From Amoeboaphelidium protococcarum X5 (Eukaryota; Fungi; Aphelidiomycota), in assembly GCA_023515725.1 (NCBI GenBank), contig JALDTO010000057.1:310001-374000 (forward strand): a stretch of 64,000 nucleotides of DNA. The letters are read 5' to 3'. The notes under the pieces were generated by a model. It made no database searches. It was not told the origin of the DNA and was given only the letters and a program-made list of their open reading frames with translations. The position numbers and the translations under genes were made by a program. Shown piece after piece: positions 1 to 16,255 of this stretch. How positions within the stretch are numbered: the first letter of the stretch is position 1; each line of letters opens with the position of its first letter.

Positions 1-173
1 CACTTCACGAAAACAATGGTTTGATCGTACAAACAATGGAATCTACCTACACCTTTCTACACCAAAAAACTACACCTTTCTACACCTTGACAACACTTCA
101 CGAAAACAATGGTTTGATCGTACAAACAATGGAATCTACCTACACCTTTCTACACCTGTTTAATCCTTGACAA
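1..173. repeat. Direct repeat (63-nt unit, period 93) with internal CTACACC iterations; may continue left of the window
   Basis: 1-63 is identical to 94-156; CTACACCTTTCTACACC occurs 3 times; CCTTGACAA at 85-93 and 165-173. Confidence 0.85.
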
Positions 174-1960
174 ATACCGATTGCAAACGCACAGACTATG
201 GAATCAACTGTAAATGTATAACTTATATTGATTTCATGTTTGAAATACATCATGATTAGAGCATTTTCTTGATTAGCTATACATTCACTTCTGATACAGC
301 TTAACATTAAAAACTTGACGATGTCATGAAATTTGTTGTGAAAAAGCTTGTGCGCGTTAATTACAGTAAAGTAGTTCTTTCGATATCAAAATTGTTTTTC
401 TTGTCCTTTCTCTATCTGCTATCCAAAATCATTGAATAAAAGAAATTGCGGCTGAGTAGTTGCGTATAATATATTGCCACTATGACTACACCTTTAAATC
501 GCGATTAACGATAGAAATGCTATACATCGAGGGACGCATTTTTTAAATGTATGGATAAACATGATTTAATTACCAGCGATATGCAGACGATTTATGATCT
601 CATGCGAAATCCTATTCTGAATCCCTTCACGCGTACTATCAATGGGGATAAGTCTAGTAGTTAGAATACAAAACCATCAGTGATGCCTGTTGAATGTTAG
701 CGTTTACTTCAAAAATTCTAGCGGTACTGTCCATCCTCATGGGTAATAATTTACTACCATTATCATTATTTGATGCGTCAATTTCTCATTTATTCACTTT
801 TGTGCATTATCAATGTAGATTAATCATTTTGAAAAGTTGAGATAACGAGATTTTGTTGTGCGAGAACTGGATAGAATGGGTATTAAGCAATTAAATTAGC
901 CAACATATGGCGGTGGATAATAGTAAAACTAATGAAATTTTATAGAATGAGATGAAGCATGTTTCACTTTTATTGCTATTATGATGAGTCTTTATCACTT
1001 TGCAAATGACTGGATATACTACTTGCCTTAGTTTTCGGGATGGGAGAGTATCGATTATGCTTCTTGTATCTATCCTCTAAATTTTAAGTCGTAGCTTCTT
1101 CACTATCCTATTACTTTCTCTTATTGGTTGTGGATGATTACGCGTCTTACAATTTCTACAACTTTATATTTAAATGTAATCTGTTTAAGTTATTGTATAA
1201 TTAACCATGACGCGTAATCTTACCTCAATGTCAGCGTTAAATTACTTGTACGATGAACGTCCAGCTATAATTCTACTTTCGAAATCTTTATCTGTTTAAC
1301 TATGTCCATTATTATTCGTAGTAGTGGTGATATTCTTGTATGACATTAAGGATGCATAACTAGATTCCCTTTTAAATCGCCTTCTTTGTCCAGTTTAATA
1401 CACTTTAACCGCGGGTGATTCCCACATCATCGATGCATCAGATTTAAGATCACTACTACGAGTACTCTGTCCGCTTTAGATTTATGCAGTGCTTCCTTTA
1501 TTATCCTCTGACTAATCAGCGTTTTAATTATCTCGTTTAGATAATAATGATGAACTCTCTAATGATTGTTATTATTATGCGGTACCTCGGTTCATAAACT
1601 ACACCATATACATTCCGATAATAACTCTAGGTATGCGGTAAGATGGTTAGTTATGTACAATAAATACCTTCATAGATCTTAGCCGACCCGAAAGCTGTTT
1701 ATTTTCTGATTAATTTTGCTAACTTTAGCCATTACCAGTGTTATTCTACCTGTTAATCATTTTCTATCAATATCACTCCCGTCTCTTTTGATTAATTTGA
1801 AAAATAATAAATACAAATTATGTAACTGATTATAAAAGTGCTGTCTTATCGATATTCAAATGGAATAATAAAGAATTCGAAAATGATATCACTTGTTCAA
1901 ATCATAGATCAATTCATTATATCCTCTTCAAATAAAATATCTGTGTGGATAAAATCAAGT

Positions 1961-4344
<2,384 letters not shown>

Positions 4345-4762
4345 AATGGCAATATAGTAATCCAAAGTTACGATATGCTAAGTACAAAGTCACAGACAGA
4401 CAAGGAAATGAAGAAGAGACGGAACGAAAAATTCTTTCAACTTTGAAATTCACAACGAACGAACGAGCGCGACAGAACGCGAAAGGTTGTCTAAAGAGGG
4501 AGAGAGAGAGGAAACGTTGTTGGTGAAAGAGGAAGAGCGGTATGAATGAAGAGCGAGCTGAGTTTGTCGCGCAATGAGAGTTTCCATACACGCACCATTC
4601 GCCTGTTTTTGAAGTATAAAATCAGAGAATGATCTATAACCCGCTAGATAGTAGTAAAACAAATTTACAAAATGGCGAGATCAAATTCACTTTCAATCGG
4701 TATATTAGCAATGAACTAGCATGTCACTATTAGTTAGCGGCTCACAAAGCCGACATCAGTAC

Positions 4763-6190
4763 TCAGGTCAATCTTCCAAGGTGATATTGAATGATGCCAT
4801 ATTTACCATTTACGAGCCAAGAGTTTTTAGTCTTCTTACCACCGAGCGTACTATGATCATTGTCAAATTCAATCTTATCAATATTACTGGCGACAGAGGA
4901 ATTCTTCAAGCCGGCCAACGTTTCAGCCTTACAAGTTCTAAGAGCGAGTATAGGCGCGTTCAACTAACTAGTTAATCCGATGACGGCCTCTTGAAATGGA
5001 GTGGTATATGGAAACGGATAGTTGCAATCATACACCAACTTTCTATAATTTAAATCGCCTTTGAAAATAATAAGACGACATTCAGCGCTGTTGAACTGCT
5101 GCAGAAGATCTTTCCCGTATTGAGGAAGATACCAAAATGAGAGACCTGTGGTCCAGAAATAGGATGATTACAAAGACCATTGACCATCAGTGAGAAACTT
5201 TTACCATTTGACAGCTAGACTTGCGCATAGAGCATCATCACACTCGATCAACTACTCTAAAAGCCAATGTACATCAGCTTCTCTTGCATCACTGACGAAC
5301 CATGGCAGGATCTTACAGTGAAAGACTACCCGACTTGCCACACCTGATTAGATCAACCAATCTGCCAGAATTAAATCTTAGAACAACTCACTACCAGCAT
5401 TGTCCAGCACGATATGGTATGTGCCACTGGAAGACGATGACACTGATTATTATTTCAAACAGTCCCAGACTTGATCACAGTCATTACATATTAAATTCAC
5501 GTCACCGTCAGCATGAATACTAGAGACTTTAGTGGCTAGAATCTCCTCCTAAGACTTACCAGCATTGAGGGAGAGATCAGCTTGATTTCCCCAGAGTGAC
5601 GCACGTATAACATGAAGAAAGACATCTTTATGAAAGGTGGAACTTCCATGAAGATCACAGAGAGCTTTGAAAGACGCAGCTGCGGCTGTTATATCGCTGA
5701 GGTGTGATTAAAAAGATACCTATTTGCTATGATGAAAGTAATCATGCCCATTCTAAAGCCACTAATTTACTGTAAAAATTTCGGCAACTTTCCGATAAAT
5801 CAAACACTCTGCATATAGCCATGGAACGTCTAACCAGCAGCATGACTAATCACTACCAACTCGGGATGAAGCAAAATATTGATCGTACTCCATCCAAATA
5901 CTTAACTCAGTCGCGGCATCCTTGTCATTAAGCGATAGCAGTTTAGTTTCAATAGAAGTGACACGCTTATTACACTACAACTCATATCTTAGTTTACTCA
6001 AATCAGCAATTATAGATTTTCCTTACTGAGCCTCTTTATCAGGCAGTGATTAAAGTCGGCGGCATACAGTGTCAATTATCTGAGTCAATATTACGGGAAC
6101 TCTAATCAAAAGCGTGTGTCTTGCAAACCCATCTTTATTCAAATTACCAGTTAATGCTTCATACGGTGGCGACCATTCGATTCGGCTCAT
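4763..6190 (-). CDS. Damage-control phosphatase, ARMT1/DUF89 family
   Basis: N-terminal FARHTLLIRVPVILTQIIDT; C-terminal FKGDLNYRKLVYD, LALRTCKAET and GKYGIIQ motifs; 476 codons, ends TGA. Confidence 0.88.
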
Positions 6191-6494
6191 GATTTTAGAT
6201 CTCACTTACTTGGCTTGAAAATACGCTTTAACGCGACAATGATTGAATAAAGCAAAGCTCTGGTCAAAGTAAACGATTGAAGAAATTTCTCATGGCAAAG
6301 ATGTTTAGAAATGGGAACAGTGAACATTTAAAGATCTTTTATATTTACTTGCGTATCATAATCAAATATAGCAAAATCAGCTCGATCATCGTATGCATGC
6401 TTTCTAAATTCGCAACTCATCGTGTACTTACTTTGTCAGGACCATGGCGTATAGTTGTCTATCAAATAATTACAATATACTCATGGCACTAAAA

Positions 6495-8668
6495 TCACTG
6501 CCATATATCGTTAGAAAATAGATTATTGACAATACTGGGCGGGTAACTCAACTTGTCAACAGAGCTCTACCCAGCCACTGCGGCCAAACGTTCATTCACA
6601 AAAGGATTAATCTTTGCAGATTTAAAGGATGGAGAGAACAACAACAAATCACGGTCCTTATCATGGTTGGTGGAAGTTCCAGGGGACGTTGGAGCACTCA
6701 AGCTAGTTCTTGAATTACTCTTCATACGCTAGGTAGACATCAAAATGCGATCATCCTAAGACTTGAAGCTATTGTGCAAGGAGTTGTACGACGTTTAATA
6801 GCCACTACCTTGCACCAAATCACCTTACATAACGCTAGCTGGGCGTTGCATGAAATCTTTACGCATCTGAATGTCGTAATCTGGGTTCTGTAGGTCCTAT
6901 CCACTAATCTTCATCTACCCAGCAAAGGATGCATTCAAATAATTCAAGTTCACCGGAGTTGAATACGGAGAAGGTGTTGTGGCATTGGAGACATTACTCT
7001 ATGCACCAGAACTGTACGATGTTATGTTTCTCGCATTGTAAATGCTGCGTTCTGGGGTGGCATACAATCCTCCTGCCCCTCCGTGGCCCGCAAATTAAAC
7101 TGTCGGACGAGGGGATCTTATGAACTGACCGTCACCTCTGAAAGCGCTCAATTGTTAATTACCAATAGATTGAGGACTTGCAAAACTAGACATTGTACTA
7201 CCAGTGCCATTGCTATTGCGACCCCAGCTAAGACGTACACGGTTAACACCAATGAGGCAACCATTCAATTACGTGATAGCCTATTCAGCAGATTGGCGGT
7301 GCACATAGGAGACAAATCCACATCCTTTACCAGGTGGAATCTTCACATACGTGATAGGACCAAATGGAGCAAAGATTGATGCCAAATCCTCTTCAGATAC
7401 GTATCCATTCGTCAACCCACCGACAAACACAGTAGTGTTAGACTGGTCATTGACAGGCGGTTACATGATCTGATTGCAGCCTTAATTAACACCTAAATCG
7501 CGAGTAGCACCATTAATAAAACCACCATTTACAGAGCCACCATATACCGCAAAGTTGACAAGATTATTAAAGCGATTCTTTGGTGTAGCCATAGAGATCC
7601 TCATTGCACGGGAACCGCATAAGTGACCTTGCATCTCCATCATGGCACGCTACTACTCCGACTCCTCAGTGAAGCGGACAAACCCATAGCCACGCGATAG
7701 ACCAGTCATAGCATCAGTAACTACTTTGGCAGCTCTGCATGAAGGGTAGTACTACTGAAAAGTCTACAACAGAATGTCATCGTCAACATCAGGACCAATA
7801 TCTCCCACAAAGATTGAGTACTCAACGCCTAGATATTCTCTACACAAAGTGATGATATTATCGATAACCATGATAACAACATGAAGAATGGATAAACTCA
7901 CTTTTTGTCAACGATACCACCACCAGAGGCCCAGTTTAACTTGAAAACTTTGTTGGTATTCGGAATGATGGTGCCATTGAGACCAAGCAAAGCCTTCAGA
8001 GCCCGGGCATGAGACTGAAAATCCACGAAGCAGTAGCCAGAATTCATCCTACACACAATGAAGGTTAATATCATAGTTGGGTATTATACGCGTTATTCTT
8101 ACCCGGTAAACTTATCGCGAATCATCTTCACATTGACGTGCTCACCATAATGTGCCCATGAAGATTTAACAAAATTTTCGTCCATCCACGGCTCCAGATC
8201 TCCCATCCAGAGCGTGGTCTTATCCAGATCATCCATTTGCTACGTTGTTTAATGCTCCTATTACTACTACAACAGCTTAGCATGCTGATGAGCCTACGGA
8301 AGAGGAGGCGGAGGAGTAGAACTGCCAAAGTTGACCAGAGAACGACCAGTGTACCCATCATCAACTTGTTGAACAAAAACTGGGTGAGGTGATGACTGCT
8401 ATCGTACTGATGGTGCATGTGGTACTTACTACAACTACTCAACTGCAGATAAATTAACTACAGGATCAGTTGGAGGTGATTGTACAACACGTGCATTATC
8501 ATCAACATGATCATCACAATGAACAATGTCATTAGACGTGGAAGCACTAGTGACCACTGTATTTAGGTGTTAGTCACCAGCAGCAACGCCCATAGACATG
8601 GAATAGACTGGGGACGCGTCTTGCTTAAAGTTCTTTGGTGCCTGTGAGAGTTGATATGAAGTGGACAT
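6495..8668 (-). CDS. Multi-RRM RNA-binding protein, Nam8/Ngr1 family (introns 8049-8102, 7840-7901)
   Basis: [53 protein letters not shown]; Q-rich N-terminus uses TAR codons. Confidence 0.88.
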
Positions 8669-8989
8669 TGTTGGCGTGATAAAAAAGAGTCAAAGCCTCT
8701 TTCCTCTCCCTTTTAAGTTGTTTCAGAAACTCGAAGAAATCAGTCAACCTTAAGTTTGTTTCACACGTTGAGATTTTCGTGCTTTTCATCACTTCGTTGA
8801 TTCGTTTCAAATGGACAATGATCAATTGCAAAGGTTATGCCACTCTCGTTACTGCGCGTTATTGTCATGATAATTATGACATGTCAAGTGGTAAATCACG
8901 GAAATCGGGTATCAGTAATCAAATAATCTTCTTACATATTTCATACTAATTAAAAATTCAATAAGAAAGGGCAACATCAGTAGACGTAA

Positions 8990-9658
8990 TCACTCCTCGC
9001 GTCTTGATGCAATCAATGGAGAAACTTCTTCAACGTTGATTGCATGTAAATTCTTACGACGACTTCCCAGAATGGCAATGAACCAGCACGCGAATAACAG
9101 ACTCAGCAGTTGTAAAGCTGTAACTGCAACAATAGACGATCCAAACAGTATAGTGTTATCATTAACTTGGCTGATAAACTTCTCATAACATCCATCCGTC
9201 ACATTTCGATCAATACCACAAGTCAAAGGGATAGCGCGGTCTGTGATGTTGTAAAAGCCACAGCAATCAAAATACACTTCTGCATCAGTGATGGGCTTTC
9301 TATTACCATCGTAAGCGCTCTGCCACCAGTGGTCTAAATCATGCTCAGCCGAGTCTTTTCTCAAGTAGCCGTAAGTGCCCAATGCTATCTCACCGGCAAT
9401 CAGCAGTACGAGTAGAACAACGTAGAAAAACATAATAAATCTAGAATTGTTAGATATTCCAAGACAGGACAGCAGTGAGCATAGTATTATCAGACCACCA
9501 AATGTGAGCAATGCCACAGCCAATGATGATTCGAGAATAGCAGTCTTTAAAGGCAATAGCAAATAACCTCCTATCAGCAATAATGCAATTCCAGCACCCA
9601 AGAGAATCACATCAAACAGCAGCGATAGATTTCTAGCCAACCCAAGTCTAAAAGTCAT
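8990..9658 (-). CDS. Tetraspanin
   Basis: Four hydrophobic helices and FDCCGF (CCG motif) in the large extracellular loop; complete ORF ending TGA. Confidence 0.88.
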   Translation of the reverse strand: MTFRLGLARNLSLLFDVILLGAGIALLLIGGYLLLPLKTAILESSLAVALLTFGGLIILCSLLSCLGISNNSRFIMFFYVVLLVLLIAGEIALGTYGYLRKDSAEHDLDHWWQSAYDGNRKPITDAEVYFDCCGFYNITDRAIPLTCGIDRNVTDGCYEKFISQVNDNTILFGSSIVAVTALQLLSLLFACWFIAILGSRRKNLHAINVEEVSPLIASRREE

Positions 9659-9938
9659 TTCTTTGCCAAAATAATACGCAGAATATTTAATTCAAAGAAA
9701 GCAGTGATGGTAAAAAAAAAGTATAAAAGACACAAAGGGGCACAAATTTTCTCTGCAGATGATGAATCAGAAAACATGAAAGGATACTGTCATCAACTCT
9801 TTAGGCGTTTCTCACACATGCCGTGATATTATCGATCGTTCCTTTTAAGAGCATGATTGCCTATTTAAAACAAATTACCTGATAAATGGGGAAAACAGAA
9901 TAAAAAAATTCAACATAAATTAGAATTTACTCAATCGT

Positions 9939-10676
9939 TCACGGTTCTCCGCCACTTGTAGTCGCATATTTCCAGTAATCAGAATGGATCATGCTGACTA
10001 AGGGAAACAGCAAGCCACGAACCACCGAGGGAACTTCTTTGAACATTAGAGCCTGTTCATCCGGGCTCATGTGCTTATAGACAAAAGCGGTGTATAAAGA
10101 CATAGGCTACGCACTTTTCTACGCTGCTTTCTCCACCTGATCGCGTAATTTCATCAGTGGTACAGGATCTGGCCATGTTTTGCGCACGTCTTCCACATTA
10201 AAAACGCCTTCCTCCTGATTCAAGTGAGGCAAAACAAGTCCTTGCAGCTTCTCGACCAATGCCTTCAGTTTTGCACCATCATATTTGGCCTTTTTGTTCA
10301 AGAAATCTTGGCACAACTTCTGGCCTTCTTCCAACGTTGGGATAAGCTCATCGTGCTGATCTTTAAATTGCTTTGTCTCAGGAAACAAATCTTTAGTAAC
10401 GGGGAAAATGACTTCCTCTTCATGATGATGGTGATGTTCAAGATTAGTCAATGCCACTAAAGCATAATTGCAAAAAGAGACAATATCACGATCACTTTTA
10501 ACTTTTTCAGCATTCTACAAGCATGATATCAGAGCAAATTATGTATGGTGTCTATTACCAAGTCTTACCTCAACAATCTACTGGAGTGATCTACGAACTA
10601 CTCTGTGAATGATTCTCAAAGAGCCACAAAACTCTTTATAGACGGGATGCTCCACGTTTGGCGTAGCTTCAGGCAT
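9939..10676 (-). CDS. Hemerythrin (HHE cation-binding) domain protein (intron 10515-10568)
   Basis: IIHRVVRR, LEHHHHHEEEVIFP, QHDEL and PHLNQEE follow the H...HxxxE...H...HxxxE pattern. Confidence 0.8.
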
Positions 10677-10843
10677 TTTGATTTTGATTTACGAAAGTTG
10701 AAACGAGGCGCATCGATTAAAAGTTGTCAAGGGCGATCGTTTCGGATTATCTCCGTAAAGTCTTGCTATGTGTGATCAAATAAAGTAGCTTAACTAATTT
10801 GATCGATTTTAAATTCATATAAACTTTCATGATATGGCTTTAC

Positions 10844-11669
10844 TCACTATGGAGAAGTCGCCAATTTCCAGGCATTGAGAATATGATTGGCAATGATGTC
10901 GACTGCGACTCCATTCTTCACCTAAGCAAATACGGTCGGTCCATCTTGGCGCATCAACTTGGCGTCCCGATCCATAATGGAGAGATCAGAGCCAACAATT
11001 TCCGCTAAATCAGTCTTGTTGATAATTAATAAGTCAGACTGACTGATGCCAGGCCCACCTTTACGAGGAACCTTGTCACCACCCGCGACATCAATCACGT
11101 AAATGATGTAATCAGCAAGTTCTCTGCTAAAGTTTGCGGCCAAATTGTCACCTCCGCTCTCAATTAGAAGCAGTTCGGTCTTGAAGTTGGCTTGTAACTT
11201 CTCTAACGCAAGTAAATTCGCCGAGATGTCTTCTCTAATTGCAGCATGAGGACAACCTCCTGTTTCAACAGCCACAATTCTCTTTGGGTCTTCTAAAGCA
11301 TTGTGCTTCACCAGAAACTCAGTGTCTTCTTTAGTGAAAATGTCATTAGTCACACAGGCAATGTTGTATTTACTCCCAATTTCTTTGCATAGAGCAAGCA
11401 TAAGCGCAGTTTTACCACTTCCAACAGGCCTACAAATGGTGAGTTGACGCTTCAATTCTATAGTGGAAATGAAATTATCGTTACCCTCCGATTCCGACAG
11501 TGAAGGCGCGCTCGCTCCAGTCGCGTTCATTGTACTTTGGCATTGGGCGTGCCGTGAACTTTCCCGGACTTGTCATAACTTCGTGTGTATGACCGTGGTC
11601 TCCATGATCATGCGAATGTGAATGGGTGTGACCATCATGAGTGTGTGTATGAGTAGAACTTCCAGCCAT
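10844..11669 (-). CDS. ureG: Urease accessory GTPase UreG with His-rich N-terminus (intron 11430-11484)
   Basis: GIGGPVGSGKT across the intron, ETGGCPH, ESGGDNL, KGGPGI, NKTDL, PTVFA(Q=TAG)VKNG. Confidence 0.95.
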
Positions 11670-11881
11670 ACTTTGTTCTAGTTTGTCTGGTAGGTGAATT
11701 CTTTCAAAGCCGTCACTAACCGTAAAGCAGTAACTCGAAGGGGCGTTTTGACTGTAAACAGAGCGCTCCCACTCTGCGGAAAAATCACAGCCGATCGATG
11801 AGCCGAATTCAGTTCTGAAACGGATGTTTTTCAACAATTGCGTCAGCATTACTGTGCAATTGTAGTGCAATAGGCAATAAA

Positions 11882-13501
11882 ATGTGGAGCTACCTGGGGA
11901 GGACTAAAAATAAGTTGGTCATGTAGCTTTTGGTCTCAGGGCTTATTATTTTTACAGTGTTAATGTTACTTTAAGTGAGAACTGTCAGTAGGCTTTAATC
12001 ACACTCGATAACTAAGTATAAAGAACGAAGTGTACAAGTATAAGCTAGACTGTTCCCTCGAGGTTTCACCAATGCATCTGAATTGGAATATTGCAACATT
12101 AGTGCGACTGTTGTATAAAAGTTCTGCCATTATAAGAGACTTGCTGTCGTATCTCCTCTACTAAAGCTGTCATCGATTGTCTCTTATCAGTTGAAACAAT
12201 GGTGCAATTACTCGTCTGTATATTAGTTGTAGGACGTAACTTCTTAATAATTAGCTTCTGGTGAGCGATTTATAGTATTGACACAACATCCTTTTTATTA
12301 AACTGAGGTGGAGTTCCGTGGCGATGATTATGATTAGATTCTCTGGATAAATCCTTCGGCAGATGATTTCCTTATAGCGAAAGAGCTTAAGGAGTGGTAT
12401 TAGAGAAATTTTTAATCCAAATTGGGAAAGTAAGTTTTAGATTCTGATCATTTTATGGAGTATGTTCAAACAAATGTCAAGTAGCTTTAGATTCACTCTG
12501 AGTACTGGCGCCGATATAATAATTCTTAATTAGGTGCTACTGAATTGAAAGTCTCCAAAGATGGCAACATGAGAGTGGCTATAAATTCTACATATGATAG
12601 CTTTAATTCAACTAATATTTACAGCTGCGCATTAGAAGAATTCAATACAAAGACAGCTTATCGAGAGTATGATCCACTGATTGAACGTGTGTCAGATTTG
12701 GTTAAGTTGGCGCGATTAGGTATGCAGAGTGGCAGTCAATAATTGAATAATGTTAATATTCTCACCACATACTTCCTTAGTTAAAATATTGATAGATAAA
12801 ATGAGTTGGATTATTCGCTGCTTCATAATGTTCATTTGGATCGTGTTAAATTGCATCTATGGACCGATTAGAAACCTACAACTAAGGATGCATTGTCTAA
12901 ACTTTAAATCACATAGATGGATAATCTGAAAATACTCAAAGCACGGTATTAGTAGAATTACTTTGACTATTTCTAGTATGCAAATCGATTTTTGAAGAAT
13001 GAAGTGGTTGTCATTTAAAATTCTGATATCGTATGGCCTTAAGAATCGATAGAAGCGTTGCTTCAATAACTCAGGCAGGCTCCTGTTGGAACAATGTATG
13101 CTCTATCTAGGCACACTATGGATATCAAGTTTCCGCTTAGCGTATGCAAATCGGCACTACGTGGACACAATAATAATATGTGCCAATAATATTTTGGCTC
13201 TCACGATGTTATTGCTTTCATTCCACCAGTTGATCCGATGATGCTGCGACAGCTCAACTTCAAATAGAATACTTGGGGCGCGGAGAATGTCGTTATTGAA
13301 CTGTTCAGGTATTACGGATGGACTGTTCTGAATCCATGCCACCAAATCAAAACAATTCATATCCACTGCTCTAACTAGCGTCGAGCTACTGGTGCGCGAA
13401 TAAATCCTCCAGCCACAGGACAGAGAACATTGCGGAAGAACACTGTGGCCTATCCGACAGTTTTGTCCATTGAAGGACATAAGTCAAATGCAAGTTTATG
13501 A
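11882..13501 (+). CDS. Type II membrane protein with glycosyltransferase-like C-terminal domain (uncharacterised)
   Basis: 540-codon frame with no TGA; N-terminal TM anchor; motifs QNSDIVW, YALSRH, GSHDVIAF, WGAENVV, NPCHQIKTIHIHCS. Family assignment is from motif memory only. Confidence 0.6.
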
Positions 13502-13659
13502 TTAAATCTGTGATGAACATACTATAACAGAATGGATTTTGATATCTACGACACACTCATTAGCCGTTCTGCTCAAAAGTGAACGTGCGATAAAGACATC
13601 TTCCGCATTATTCACTTTAAAAATACACGAAATCTATCTTGTATATGATATTCACTTAA

Positions 13660-14385
13660 TCAAGAAATCAACTTTGACACGATCCAATCTAATCCTTCTG
13701 TGAGGCCCTCGCCAGTAACGGCACAACAAGCTTAGATATGCCACTATCGATCCTTCAGAGACGTCAGCTGAAGACTATTAGATATTTACGAGGCAGAGAG
13801 GGCTCCTTTCATGTCCTATTTATTAGCGAAGACAAGCAGCGCCGAATGCTTCAAAGTTTCATTCTCCATCATACGATGAAGTTCCTGCTTACAAACGTCT
13901 ATCCTATCCTTATCAGTGCTATCAATAACCATTATAACCGCCTACAAAATAATTAAAGTTTACCAATTATAATGATATAAAGAATTCAGCAGCTATAAAT
14001 AGAGGTGAACTAAATACCTTGGTGTTGATGTAATACGTTGACCAAGTGGCCCTCAGTCCCTACTGTCCACCAAGATCCCACATTATAAACTTGATATTCT
14101 TGTACACAAATTCCTCCACATTCGATCCAATCTACAAAAATTATGCAAGTATAAACCTACTTAATACATAAAGAGATTTACCGTCGGAGTAGTTGCAACA
14201 ACCTGGTTCATAAATCTACACAAAAATCATCACATAAGTAACAGATTAAATCCAGAATGGTGTAATCATTCATACAATTTGTAAAGTATAGTCGTCTTTC
14301 CAGCATTGTCTAGACCGACTAGTACAATTTTATACTCTTCCTTCCTCCAGAGAAGCCGCGATAACCGACTGAATAATATACCCAT
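13660..14385 (-). CDS. ARL5: ARF-like GTPase, Arl5 type (3 introns)
   Basis: MG myristoylation start, GLDNAGKTT, PTIGSNVEE, WDLGGQ, ANKQD, WHI(Q=TAA)ACCAVTGEGL. Confidence 0.88.
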
Positions 14386-14629
14386 GTTTATATATTAACC
14401 ACTTGTATAAGCAAGCGGGCACCCAAAGAAATGAACAACGAATGAACGAGAATCAATCGAACAGACGCAGAAAGTAGAAATAGTTTACGAGGTAAACAGC
14501 TTTTGGTGAGATCGAACTGTATTCGTTAGGAGACAAAGATTTATAAAATGATTAACTAAAAAATTATAATTAATACAAGTTTATTGAAGCAATGGAAAAG
14601 GTTTACATTGAACAAGAGTGAATATTCTC

Positions 14630-16255
14630 TCATCTTAATGCGACAGGTACCAATTGAAGCGACTCGATCTGGAGAATGTCGTCGCGATGAAGTGATTGAT
14701 GCTTGTATTCATTGTAAATGAACTTATCCCATTCCCTTCTCAGGTGCGCATTAGCCAAATCTTGCATGAGCATTATACCTCCAATGCAATATGCAAGACC
14801 AGAGGCGTATAAGAAATTGGCATTACCTCCAGCACCGCCCAGCCAAATGTAATGCATCAGCGGATACACAATCAGACTTGAGACAGCGATTACTACACAC
14901 GCAAGCACAACATACCGCGTATACTTCAGTACTGGATTCAGAAGAGGTATAAGAGACAGTGCCAATGCCATATGAGACAAGTTGGCTATAGAGCTCATCG
15001 AGGCGACGATCAATGTCATAATGACGAAAACGAGCATAGGATTGGATCGCAACTTCAAAGTCAGAGGAATAACTACACTATAGGTGACAATCGGGAGCAC
15101 TAAAGCAAAGAATAGTCTGAAATGACTGAACATTTCCACAAAAAAGTACCAGTATAAAGACAAATTCGCCTTCTATCTTGAACTAAAGATGCATTCTCCA
15201 AATAAAACTTGAAGATGCTTAAGAATTACAACAGCGTATGGCCATAATTAGTCTACTGAAGCTTATAGAAACTCCTATAGGCTAAATCCATTACCAATAT
15301 TTGCAGCGAAGTCTTCAAAGTTGATCGTAATGTTCTGCAATTTATCAGCAATGAGGTAGACACTAATATTTTGAATAGTATCCACTAGAGTAATAATGTC
15401 AAATGAATCCCAGATCTAAACGACACTTGCCAATTCTATACAGAAAAAGTATCCGCATAACAGAGTAAATAAGATTAGCCGCTTTAAGATAGAGTAAAAG
15501 CCATCATCCGTAAGAGCAGCTTAACCAAGACAGAGGAGAATCACTGGACATATACAGACTACAGTTATCAAATCGGCCCCAAATACTAAAAGAGCAGCCA
15601 GATAAGTTAAAGACACCAAAGACCTTCCCTTCAATGCTGAATTTAAACTTAATAACATCATGGTAACATTAAAAGCATACATTCCACCACGTCCAAACTC
15701 AATAATATTCATTGGGTTAAGTAAGTACAATGCACAAACGACAATATGAATATTTTTCGATTAGAAAACTTATTGAATTGTCATCTCTGGCGTCAATATC
15801 CTGCGTAAAGTCTTTATCTCGTCCACCATCTTGGAATCTAGAGGAAGATAATTTTTAACCTTAACATCTGGCGATTGCGGTTGCTTATCATCAAATGTAT
15901 ATTCTTTATCTTTCTCACCGGCACACAGTGCAGTATCATAAGCTATCAAATAATTGAAATCTATCCTATAAATCCACAGGTACTACTTGGCAATAGCGAA
16001 TAGCAGATAAGCATTGAGAATATGGCTAATCATAAGAAGAATCATAATGATGTAGTGTAATTAAGCAGACTCACCAAGAGACAACAGCATACCAAGAGAT
16101 CTAATAACCATAGAACTGTACTGACATCCCTCATGTGTGACAAAACACTCTAGAAACATTTTCATCTCCAATGACTGATTCTAATTATGCAAATAAGCAA
16201 TACATCTCAATGCAATACCAAGACAGAATATTGAAAGTAGCTTCAATTACGCCAT
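14630..16255 (-). CDS. GPI transamidase subunit PIG-U/Gab1 (divergent)
   Basis: Multi-TM 542-codon frame; YLLNPMNI, NLSLYWYFFVEMFSHFRLFF and GNANFLYA motifs. Confidence 0.8.

Noticed and set aside
1-173. CRISPR-like array
   Set aside because: Only two long identical units with no unique spacers, no cas genes, and a eukaryotic context.
160-1830. RIP-mutated element
   Set aside because: TpA looks frequent, but TAR-rich coding raises the TpA baseline genome-wide and no parent element could be recognised.
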